From Candidatus Saccharimonadota bacterium (GTDB taxonomy: Bacteria; Patescibacteriota; Saccharimonadia; Saccharimonadales; UBA4665), in the NCBI GenBank assembly GCA_014378615.1, contig JACMNI010000047.1, positions 9,420-73,419 on the forward strand: 64,000 bases of DNA. Reading direction: 5' to 3'. This document shows, piece after piece, positions 20,501 to 32,500 of this stretch. Position numbers and translations under genes: made by a program. The first letter of the stretch is position 1, and each line of letters opens with the position of its first letter. Below the pieces are notes generated by a model. It saw only the letters and a list, made by a program, of their open reading frames with translations. It made no database searches and was not told the DNA's origin.

Positions 20501-23500
20501 AACTTCTTACAAAGTGGTGCTGGCAGCTTCGATACCGCCACCGGCGCGGTGTCACTCAACGGCGCAACAAGTGTCACCGGCAGCAACGCCTTTACCGTCG
20601 GTACCGGCGCCACCAACCTCGGCGGCGCACTGACTGCTACCGGGCTAGCTACTTTAAACGGTGGGCTCACAGTCACTGGCACGACGGCCATTAACAACGG
20701 CGGCACCGCTTCAACTAGCATCGGTAATAGCACGGGTACATTTAGTGTTCAATCATCAGCTCTTAACATATCCACCTCTGGTGCCCTGAGCGGAATTAGC
20801 GGCTACACCCAGACCAGCGGCAACTTTAGCCAGGCCGGCGTGGGTACATTTAGTACAGCTAGTGGCAATGTTGCCCTCAACGGCGCCACCACCATATCGG
20901 GCACGAATAACTTTACGGTCAACTCTGGCGCTGCCAGCCTGGGTGGCACTTTGGCTGTGGCCGGCGCGAGCACATTAAGCGGCAACGTTTCGGTTACTGG
21001 AGCTAGTACGCTTTCCGTCGGCACCGGCGCCACCTCACTTGGCGGTACGCTATCGGTTGCCGGTGCCACTACCATAAATGGCAACACCAGCATTACCGGC
21101 GCCAGCACCCTAACTGTCGGCACCGGCGCCACGACGCTCGGTGGCACGTTAGCGGTCACCGGCGCGGCCACTTTAAGCAGCACGCTTGCCGTTGCCGGCG
21201 GCAGTACCTTCACCGGCGCTTCAACCTTTAATGGCGGCATCACCGACACTGGCAACTTTGCCCAAACTGGCACCGGCTCCTTCAGCACCGGCACTGGCAC
21301 GGTGACGCTTAATGGCAACACGACAATCAGCGGCACTAATACACTCACCGTCGGCAGTGGCGCCACAACTCTTGGTGGCTCACTTGGTGTTACCGGCCTA
21401 ACTACCTTGAATGGTGGAGTAACCGTAACTGGTGCTACCAGTATTACTGGCGCCACCAGCATTAACACGACCGGCACCGCTAACACGGCTATCGGCAACG
21501 GTACGGGCAGCTTCAGTGTTCTTTCTTCCGGCCTAAACGTAACCGCCGCTGGCGCCCTCAGCGGTGTAACTGGCTACAGCCAGACCAGCGGTAACTTCTT
21601 GCAAAGCGGCACCGGTACCTTTGGCACCGGCACCGGTGTTGTTTCGTTGAACGGTGCAACCAGCGTTACCGGTGCCAACGCCTTTAGCGTCGGTACCGGT
21701 GCGACCAGCCTCGGCGGTACGCTAGGTGTCACCGGCACTAGTGGCTTCACCGGCGCCGCCACCTTCAACGGCGGCATCACCGACACCGGTAACTTTACCC
21801 AGACTGGCACTGGCAGCTTCAGCACCGGCACTGGCGCAGTATCACTAAACGGTGCGACCAACATCACTGGTGCCAACGCCTTCACGGTTGGCACGGGAGC
21901 CACCACGCTCGGCGGTGTGCTAAGCGTTAGCGGCACCTCTACTTTGAATGGCAACACTAGCGTTACCGGCATCAACACCTTTACAGTTGGCACCGGCGCC
22001 ACCGCCCTTGGCGGTACACTAGTCGTCACCGGCGCCACTACACTAAACAGCACCTTGGGTGTAGCCGGTGTAACGACCCTTAGCGGCAACACCAGCATTA
22101 CCGGCACTAGTACGCTAACCGTCGGCACCGGCGCCACCACGCTTGGTGGCACACTCGCAGTCAGCGGCGCCGCCGCGCTAAGCGGTACGCTAGCCGTAAC
22201 TGGCGCCACTACGCTTAGCAGTACGCTTTCAGTTGGCGGCACCAGCACCTTCACCGGCGCCGCCACCTTCAACGGCGGCATCACCGACACCGGTAACTTT
22301 GCCCAGACCGGCACTGGCAGCTTCAGTACCGGTACCGGCGCCGTATCATTAAACGGCAACACCAGCATTACCGGCGCCAACACATTAACCGTCGGAACTG
22401 GCGCCGTAACCCTCGGGGGCACCCTTGGCGTAACAGGTCTTACTACGCTAAGTGGTGGTGCAACTGTTACCGGCGCAACCAGCATTACTGGCGCCGCTAC
22501 CATCAACACCACCGGCACCGCCAGCACTGCTATTGGTAACGGCACTGGCAGCTTCAGCGTGGCTTCAAACGCCCTCAACATCACCAGCTCAGGCGCCATA
22601 AGCGGCGCAACCACCATTGGTCTAAGTGGTGCCATAAGCGGCGCGACTAGCGGCAACACTATTAACGGTCTGGTTATAAACGCCGGCGCCCTGAGCGGCG
22701 TCACTGGCTATAGCCAAACCAGCGGTAACTTTGCCCAAACCGGTACCGGCACATTCGCGACCGGTACCGGCGCAGTTTCGTTGAACGGCAACACCAGCGT
22801 ACTTGGTGCCAACACCTTTACCGTCGGTACCGGCGCCACCAATTTGGGTGGTGTCCTTGGTGTAACGGGCGCCACTAGCCTTGGCAGCACGCTCGGTGTT
22901 ACCGGCGTCGCAACCTTTGCCAGCTCGGCCAGCGTTCAGGGCGCTGCTGGTCTTACCCTCGGCTCTACTACCAACAACGGTCTACTCAAACTCCTTGACG
23001 GTACGGCTGATGGCTTTAACGCCAGCATATCCCTCGGCGGAGTCCTTGGTTCGAATCAAGCCTACAGTTTGCCGACTACCGGAGGCACCTTCTGTCTGAG
23101 CACCAACAACTGTAATTACCAGGCTCCTGGCGATTACGAGTTAACAACCGGTACCGACTTCGTCCGTAATCAAACTACGCTGCAAACCACAGCTAACTTC
23201 AACATTAGCGGCACCGGTATCGCCAGCGTCTTCCAGGCTGGTAGCTTCGACACCAACACCGTCGCCGTGCTCAGCCTTGGGGCAACCAACGCTACGGCGC
23301 TCACCGTTGCCAAGTCTGGCGTTACCACGACTGTTGCCGGCGCCCTCACCGTTACCCAAGCCAGCACCTTCAACGGCAACGTCAGTATTGCTGGCGCTAA
23401 CACCCTTACTGTTGGAACTGGCGCTACAACTCTCGGCGGCACGCTTGGCGTGACCGGCGCGGCTAGCATTGGCAGCACTTTGGCTGTTACCGGCGCAACA

Positions 23501-26500
23501 ACTTTGAGTAGTACTCTAGCTGTTACCGGCGCTGCCACCCTCAGCAGTACACTCGGCGTTACAGGACTGGCAACACTCAATGGTGGCGCTACGGTCAACG
23601 GCACGACGAGCATTACGGGCGCTACCAACGTCAACACGTCGGGCACCGCCGCAACCGCCATCGGTAACGCTACCGGTAACTTTAGCGTCGCCTCAAACGC
23701 CCTCAACATTACCAGCACTGGTGCCATCAGCGGTGTAACCACGCTCGGTCTTAGCGGCGCTATTTCGGGCGCCACCAGCGGCAACACAATCAATGGCCTC
23801 GTTATAAATAGCGGTTCTCTTAGCGGCATTACGGGCTACGCCCAAAGTAGCGGTAACTTTGCTCAGGCTGGCACCGGCACCTTCAGCACCGGCACCGGCG
23901 GGGTAAGTTTGAACGGCGCTACCAGTGTCACCGGCAGTAACGCCTTCAACGTCGGCACCGGCGCCAGCACGCTTGGCGGTACGTTAACCGTTGCGGGTCT
24001 GGGAACCTTTAACAGTGGCCTGACTGTTGCTACAGGCAACACCTTCACCAACGCCAGCAGCACCTTACTCAGCGCTATCGCCATCGGCAATCACCTCAGC
24101 GGTGGACCAATTGGTACTGCAGCCACCACGGTCGATGTCGCTACCACTTTCGACATTACACAGATTGTTCCGGGCCAGAACCTCAGCTTGCCGACCCCAA
24201 CCAATGCCGTTTCGGGCCGCATTGCCTTCGTCAACAGCGCCGCCACTAACGTAACCTTTACAATGCACGGCACCACTGTCAACCCCGGCACCAGCGTCAA
24301 CTTCATCTGGAACGGCAGCGCCTGGATTAACCCGAGTGCCAGCAGCTCGGGCGTGACATCCGTTGGCGCTGTCGATTCACAAACCAAGAGCGCCAACGGC
24401 GCCGTCATTAACGGCACCAACATTTACCTGCAAACCGCCGACGCCAGCAGTATTGGCTTAGTTAGCACTAGCGCCCAGACATTGGCCGGCGCCAAGACCT
24501 TCAACAACCTCTTGACCGCTAGCGCTGGCGTTACCGCCAGTGGTGGCGCCATTAGCTTAACCGGCAACGCTGCTTCTTCCTTCAGCACTACTGCCGGTGC
24601 CTTGTCACTAACTAGCGCAGCGGCCGCTACCTGGAGCACCGCCAGCGGTAACCTAACATTGCAGGCCGGCAGCGGCACCGTTTCGCTCGGTACATCCAAT
24701 AACTTAACTGCGGGTGGGGCGCTGAGCATTACTTCTGGTGGTGCAACAACACTCAGTATTGATGCCGGTGGTGCCGCCAGCTTAAACCTTGGTGGTACCA
24801 ACGCTACTGCCGTAAACATCGCTCGCACTGGTGTTGCAACGGCCGTAAATGGCAGCTTGACGGTGGCTCAGGCCGCTACCTTTAACGGATCAGTCAGCGT
24901 TACTGGGACCAACAACTTTAGCGTCGGCACCGGCACCACCACCCTCAGTGGCGTCCTCAATGTATCCGGCGCCGCCACACTCAGCAGCACGCTAGCAGTG
25001 CAGGGCGCCGGTGGGCTGACCTTGGGTGTTGCCAGCACCACCGATGGTCAATTGAAGTTTGCCAACAGCACCAACGCCAACCAATCCGTCGTAAATGCCT
25101 TTGCTCCAAGCGGCACCGGCGACGCTACCTACACGCTGCCAACACTACCTGGTGGCACCAGCGCCTACATTTGTTTGAACACTGGTAACTGTGCTGGTGC
25201 CGGCGGCGCAATTACCGGTTCTGGTACCAACAACTACGTGGCACGCTTTAACAGCAACAGCACCATTAACGCGTCCGGATTACTCTACGACGACAACACC
25301 TTTGTGGGCGTTAACACTACTAGCTACTCAGCAACTTTGGCAGTGCTTGGCGCTGCCGCCGCCAAGCCGGCCTTCTTGGCCCAGGCAACCGCCTCAGCTA
25401 CCACACCTGTGGCCGTCATAAAGGGTGGTGCTACTCCTGGCGCCGGCGGCGATTTGCTACAACTTCAGAACTCAGCCGGAACGATTCTAGCTAAGTTCGA
25501 TGCCACTGGCAACCTGAGCGCTGTTAACGGTACCTTTAGTGGTAACTTTGCTCAGACCGGTAGCGGCAGCTTTAGTACAGGAACTGGCGCAGTTTCACTA
25601 AACGGCGCCACTACTGCCAACGCCAACTTCAGCGTTAGCGGCACTAACACGCTAACCGTCGGAACTGGTGCCACCACCCTTGGTGGCACACTAGCTGTCA
25701 CTGGCAGCTCTTCCTTTACTGGTGCTTCAACGTTCACAGGCGCCGCAACCTTCAACGGTGGCATAACCGATACCGGCACCTTCTCACAAACTGGCACGGG
25801 CAGCTTTAGTACCGGAACTGGCGCAGTTAGCTTCAACGGCGCCACTACTGCCAACGCCAACTTTAGCGTTAGCGGCACTAACACGCTAACCGTCGGAACT
25901 GGTGCTACCACCCTTGGCGGCACACTAGCTGTTACCGGTCTAACAACGCTAACTGGTTTGTTGACTACTAACGGCGGCATCACCGACACTGGCAACTTCA
26001 GCCAAACCGGCACCGGCACCTTCGGCACCGGCACCGGCGCAGTTTCACTAAACGGCGCCACTACTGCCAACGCCAACTTCAGCGTTAGCGGCACTAACAC
26101 GCTAACCGTCGGAACTGGTGCCACCACCCTTGGTGGCACACTAGCTGTTAGCGCTGCAGCCACCTTAAACGGCACCCTTACCGTAACCGGTCAAGCGACG
26201 TTTAACAGCGACATCGCCGCCGCGGCCAACTTTGCCCAGACCGGTACTGGAACCTTCAGTACCGGCACCGGCGCGGTTAGCCTTAACGGTGCTACTACCA
26301 TTAGTACGACCCTCAATGTCCAGGGCGCCGGCGGTGTAACCATCGGCGTAGCTGGAACCACCGCTGGCGTCCTCAAATTTGCTAACGCCACTAATGCTAA
26401 CCAAACGCTGCTACAAGCCCTGGCGCCAACTGGCACCGGCACCGCTACGCTCAACATTCCTAGCGTCGCCGGCGGTTCAACCGACGAAATCTGTTTGAAA

Positions 26501-29500
26501 TTCTCTGGTAACTGTGTAGGTTCCGGCGGTGGTGTTACTTCTACTGGTGGTAATCAGAATTACGTCACGAAGTTTACGAACGCCGGCGGTACTCAAATTG
26601 GTAATGCTAGCATCTACGACGATGGCAGCTTCGTCGGCATCAACACCCTTAGCAACAACGGCGCCTTCTCCGTCCAGGGCATTAGCGCTACCCAGACCAC
26701 CTTATTTGCCCAAGCAACTGCCTCCGCGACAACTCCTGTTGCCGTTATAAAAGGTGGCGCTACTCCCGGCGTCGGTGGCGACCTATTGCAACTCCAGAAC
26801 TCAGCTGGTAGCGTCTTAGCTCGGGTTGACGCCAGCGGCAACCTCAGCGCTGTCAACGGCAACTTCACTGGCGCCTTCTCCCAAACCGGCACCGGCACCT
26901 TCGGCACCGGCACCGGCGCCGTCAGCCTAAACGGCAACACCAGCATTACCGGTACCAACACCCTTACTGTTGGCAGCGGCGCCTCAATACTCGGCGGAAC
27001 TCTTGGCGTAACCGGATTAACTACCTTAAGTGGTGGCGCTACTATCGCCGGAGCCACCAGCATTACTGGCGCCACCACCATCAACACGACCGGCACTGCC
27101 AGCACAACTATTGGCAACAGCGGCGCAGCCTTCAGCGTTGCCTCTAACGGCCTCAACATTACCAGCGCTGGTGCCCTTAGCGGTGTCAGCGGCTACAGCC
27201 AGACCAGCGGTAACTTTACTCAAACCGGCACCGGCACCTTCAGCACCGGTACCGGCGCCGTCAGCCTAAACGGCAACACTAGCATTTCCGGCAGCAACAC
27301 CCTTACTATTGGCACCGGCGCTACTGCTCTTGGAGGTACCTTGAGTGTGACCGGCGCAACCAGCTTGGCCAGCACACTCGGCGTTAGTGGCATAGCTACG
27401 TTCGCTAATAGCGCTAACGTTCAGGGAGCTGCCGGCCTCGCCCTTGGCTCTACTACAAATAATGGTCTACTCAAGTTCTTAGATGGCACGGCTGATGGAT
27501 TTAGTGCTAGTATCGCTTTGTCGGCTCCACTGACGTCAAATCAAAGCTATGTCTTACCATCAACTGGTGGTACCTTCTGTCTTAATTCAAATAACTGTAA
27601 CTACCAAGCCGCTGGCAGTTACGAACTTACTACCGGTACCGATTTCATTCGTAACCAGACCACTCTACAGACCGTAGCCAACTTTAATATTCAAAGCGCT
27701 TCGGCATCGTCCACGACCGCCAACATACTAGGAGCAGCCGGGCAAACTGTCGATATCTTTACCGTCGGTACAAACGGTACTCCATCAATCTTCCGAGTTA
27801 CTAATACTGGCCGAGCGGTCGATACGCTGGGAATTTCCCTAGGCGCATTTGCCACAAATGCAACTGGTACCGTTCTAGGCGCTCAAGCTACTAGCAGTAC
27901 CTCTGTGGCTGCCGACATCCGCCAGTTCTCGAGTGGTCAAACAAGCAACTTATTAAACTTTAGCGATAATTCAGGCACACCACTAACCAGCTTCAACGCG
28001 TCTGGTAATCTGGTCTACCGTCAAAATGGAACTATTAGCGCTGGACAGATTGGTTCTAACAGCACCGGTTATAACCTGGGGATTAGTGCTGGACAGGGAG
28101 GTGCTACTAACAATAACGGCGGTACTCTTAGCCTAGATGGTGGCGCTGCCAGTGGTACGGGCACTCGTGGTGCAGTTGCAATTCAGGCTAGCGGCGGCGC
28201 TACAACTATTGGCGGCGCCCTTGGCGTAAGCGGCGCGATCTCAGGAGCTACTACTGGTAACACGATTAACGGTCTGATCGTTAACGGCGGCGCCATTAGT
28301 GGCATAACAGGTTATAGCCAAGCTAGTGGTAACTTCTCGCAAACTGGTGCCGGCAGCTTCGATACTGGTACTGGTACCGTCAGTTTGAACGGTGCTACTG
28401 TTGTTACGGGCACGAACACTCTCACGGTTGGCACTGGTGCGACAACACTAGGCGGCACGTTAACCGTTGGCACGGGCACCGTAACGCTTGGATCACTCGG
28501 CACCGGCCTCGTTCAAAGTAGCGCAACTGGAGTTCTATCTAGTGGTGCCGTCGACCGCAATAGCACCAATTTCTTTAATACCGCTCTCACGGTAGCTAAC
28601 GGCGGCACTGGTGCTACCACCCTAACTGCTAAAGGCGTGTTGTACGGGAATGGTACGGGAGCCGTATTAGCTACTAGTTCAGTTGCCGGCGCCGTGCTTA
28701 TCACAGACCCTACCACCAGCATCCCAAGCCTTAGCCAGACGTTACCAACTGCTGTCCAGGCCAACATCACTAGTACCGGCGTCCTGACTGCCGGCTCAAT
28801 CGCCAGTGGCTTCGGCACAATTTCGACCACTAACAACATCACCACCACGGCAGCGGTGCAGGGCGGCACGCTCAGTATTGGCAGTGGCGCATTTGCGGTC
28901 AACGTCACCGGCGCAATCACCGCTGCAACTGGCATCACTACCAGCGGTAACTTCCTACAAACTGGTGCCGGCACATTTGGTACCGGCACCGGTGCCGTTA
29001 GCCTCAACGGTGCTACCAACATCAGCAGTACTCTAGCGGTGCAGGGCGCCGGCGGCATCACTGTTGGCGTTGCTGGAACCACGGCCGGCGTCATTACCTT
29101 TGCCAACGCCACCAACACCAACAAGACTCTCGTGAACGCTTTGGCTCCAACCGGTAGCGGTGACGCCACGGTTAATATCCCTAGCGTTGCTGCTGGTGTC
29201 ACCGACCAGTTCTGTTTGAAGATCACCGGCAACTGTGGCGGTGGTGGTACCGGCGTAACCGTAACCGGCGGTGTCCAGAACTACCTCGCCAAGTTCAACA
29301 GCGCCACTGGTACCCAGATTGGCAGTGCCAGCCTGTATGACGACGGCAACTTCGTTGGCCTTGGCACCACTAGCAACAACGGCCTCCTTAGCATCGTCAG
29401 CGCCAGCGCTACCCAGGCCGCTATCTTCGCCCAAGGCGCCGCATCGGCTACTACCCCAGTCGCGGTTATAAAGGGCGGCGCAACACCTGGCGCCGGCGCC

Positions 29501-32500
29501 GACCTACTACAACTCCAGACTTCGGCTGGCACCATTGTTGCCAAGATTAGCGCTAGCGGCAACCTCAGCGTGCTTGACGGCAACTTCAGCGGCAACGTCG
29601 CCCAGACCGGCAGCGGCAGCTTTAGTACCGGCACCGGAGCAGTTAGCTTAAACGGCAACACCAGCATTACTGGAACTAACACCCTAACTGTTGGAACTGG
29701 CGCTACGGCTCTGGGCGGTTCACTCGGTGTCACCGGATTAACCAGCCTCAACGGTGGGGCTACTATTGCCGGAGCTACCAGCATCACCGGTGCGACCACT
29801 ATCAACACGACCGGCACCGCCAACACTGCCATTGGTAACGCTACCGGCAGCTTCAGTGTCACCTCAAACGCCCTCAACATTAGCAGCGTCGGTGCCATCA
29901 GCGGTGTTAGCGGCTACAGCCAGACCAGTGGTAACTTTGCCCAAACCGGCACCGGCACCTTCAGCACCGGCACCGGCGCCGTCAGCCTAAACGGCAACAC
30001 CAGTATTACCGGTGCCAACACCCTTACTGTTGGCACCGGCGCTACCACCCTCGGTGGCAGCCTTGGCGTAACCGGCGCCGCTACCTTTAGCAGTACCTTA
30101 AACGTTGGCACCAGCGCTACCACTCTTGGTGGTACGCTGACCGTCGCCGGTGCAACCACCTTCAACGGTGCTGTCAGTATTTCAGGTACTAACGCCCTGA
30201 CTGTTGGCACTGGCACTGTAACGCTCGGCTCGCTAGGAACTGGATTAGTCCAAAGCAGCGCCACCGGAGTCCTATCCAGCGGCTCCGTCGACCGCAACAA
30301 CGCCAGCTTCTTCAACACCGCTCTCAGTGTGGCCAACGGTGGTACTGGCATTAATACGCTCGCTGCCAACGGCGTCCTTTACGGTAATGGCTCGGGCGCT
30401 ATACAGGCCACTGCTGCCGCCGCCAACAGTATTCTAGCCACCAATGGCACTAGCGTTCCTGGATTGACTCAGACGCTGCCTACGGCCGTCCAGGGCAACA
30501 TAACCAGTACCGGTATTCTGGCCGCTGGTTCGATTGCTTCTGGCTTCGGCACTATAGTTACTGCCAACAACATTACTACCACTGCAGCTGTCCAAGGCGG
30601 TACCGTTACGGCCACTGGCGTCCTCAGTGGTAACAGCCTCAGCATCAACGCCGGTGCCTTTGCGGTTTCCAGTACCGGCGCGATTACGGCTGCTACCGGC
30701 ATCACTACCAGTGGCAACTTTAGCCAAACCGGCACCGGCAGCTTCGGCACCGGCACTGGCGCTGTTAGCTTAAACGGCGCTACCATCGTTACTACCGGCA
30801 ATAACTTTAACGTCACCAATGGCACCTCCAACTTCGGTGGCGCCGTGAACGTTCAAAGCGCTGCCGGCCTGACGCTTGGCGTTGCTAGCACGACGACTGG
30901 TAAGCTCACTTTTGCCAACAGCACCACCGCTAATCTGGCTACGCTTCAGATCGCCGCTCCTACCGGCACCGGTACGGCTGCTTATACGCTGCCAAGTATT
31001 GCTGGCGGCACCAGCGACGAAATTTGTGTGAAACTAGCCGGTAACTGTGCCGGTAGTGTCAGCGCCACGGGTGGTCAGGCCAACTACGTTGCCCGCTTTA
31101 CCAACGCCAGCACCCTCGGTATTGGACAACTCTTCGACAACGGTAGCTTCGTCGGCGTCAACACTAACACCAACAGCGGTCAGTTAAGCATCCTCAGCAG
31201 CGGCACTACCCAAGCGGCTATCTTTGCTCAAGGCGCCACTAGCGCTACCACGCCTGTAGCCGTCATTAAGGGCGGCGCTACTCCAGGTATTGGCGGCGAC
31301 CTGCTGCAGCTACAGACCTCAGCCGGCTCGGTTGTGGCTAAGATTGATGCCAGCGGTAACTTCAGCGGCGCCGGCGGTAACTTCAGCGGCGCCGTATCTA
31401 TTAGCGGCACCAGCACTCTTACTGTTAGCACCGGCGCCGTCACCCTTGGCTCGCTCGGCGCTGGACTAGTCCAAAGCAGTTCAGCGGGTGTCCTTAGCAG
31501 CGGCGCCGTCGACCGCAACAGCGCTAGCTTCTTCAACACTGCGCTTACCGTTACCAACGGTGGCACCGGCGCTGGCACATTTACGACCAACGGCCTTGTC
31601 TTCGGTAACGGTACGGGTGCCTTGCAAGTAACCGCCGCTGCCGCCAACAGCATCTTGGCCACCAACGGCACTAACGTTCCAGGCCTTACACAGACTCTGC
31701 CAACCGCCGTTCAGGGCAACATCACCAGCACCGGCGCCCTAGCAGCTGGCTCAATCGCCACCGGCTTTGGAGTCATTAGCACTGCCAACAACATCACCAC
31801 AACCGCTGCTCTCCAGGGCGCTACCGTTACGGCTACCGGCGTCCTCAGCGGTAACAGCTTCAGCATTAACGCTGGCGCCTTCGCCGTCTCCAGCACCGGC
31901 GCCATCACGGCTGCTACCGGCATCACTACCACAGGAAACTTCAGCCAAACGGGTGCTGGCACCCACAGTACCGGCACCGGCGCCGTCAGCTTGAACGGTG
32001 CCACCAGCATCACCGGCACCAACACCCTTACGGTTGGCAGCGGCGCTACTGCTCTTGGCGGCACGTTGAGCGTAGCTGGCGCTACCACCTTTAACGGTGC
32101 GGTTTCAGTCTCTGGAACCAACAACTTCACTACCGGTATCGGTAGCGTTACGCTTGGTTCACTAGCGGCCGGCGTCGTTCAGAGCAACGCCAGCGGACTC
32201 CTTAGCAGCAGCGCCATCGACCGCAACAGCGCTACGCTGCTTACCAACACGTTGTCTATCGCCAACGGTGGTACCGGTGCCACTACCTTTGCCACCAACG
32301 GTATTCTGTACGGCAACGGCGCGACTAATATCCAGGCAACCGCCTCGGCCGCCAACAGCATCTTGGCTACCAATGGTACTAGCGTACCAGCGCTAACTCA
32401 GACTCTGCCAGCCAATGTTCAAGGCAACATTACGACCACCGGTGCTCTTAGCGCCGGCTCAATCGCCAGCGGCTTCGGAGTTATTTCAACCGCCAACAAC

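Noticed and set aside
25586-26148. Template/variable repeat pair of a diversity-generating retroelement (common in CPR).
   Set aside because: The outer copies are identical. The middle copy differs by substitutions that are not adenine-specific. No reverse transcriptase gene is present in the window.
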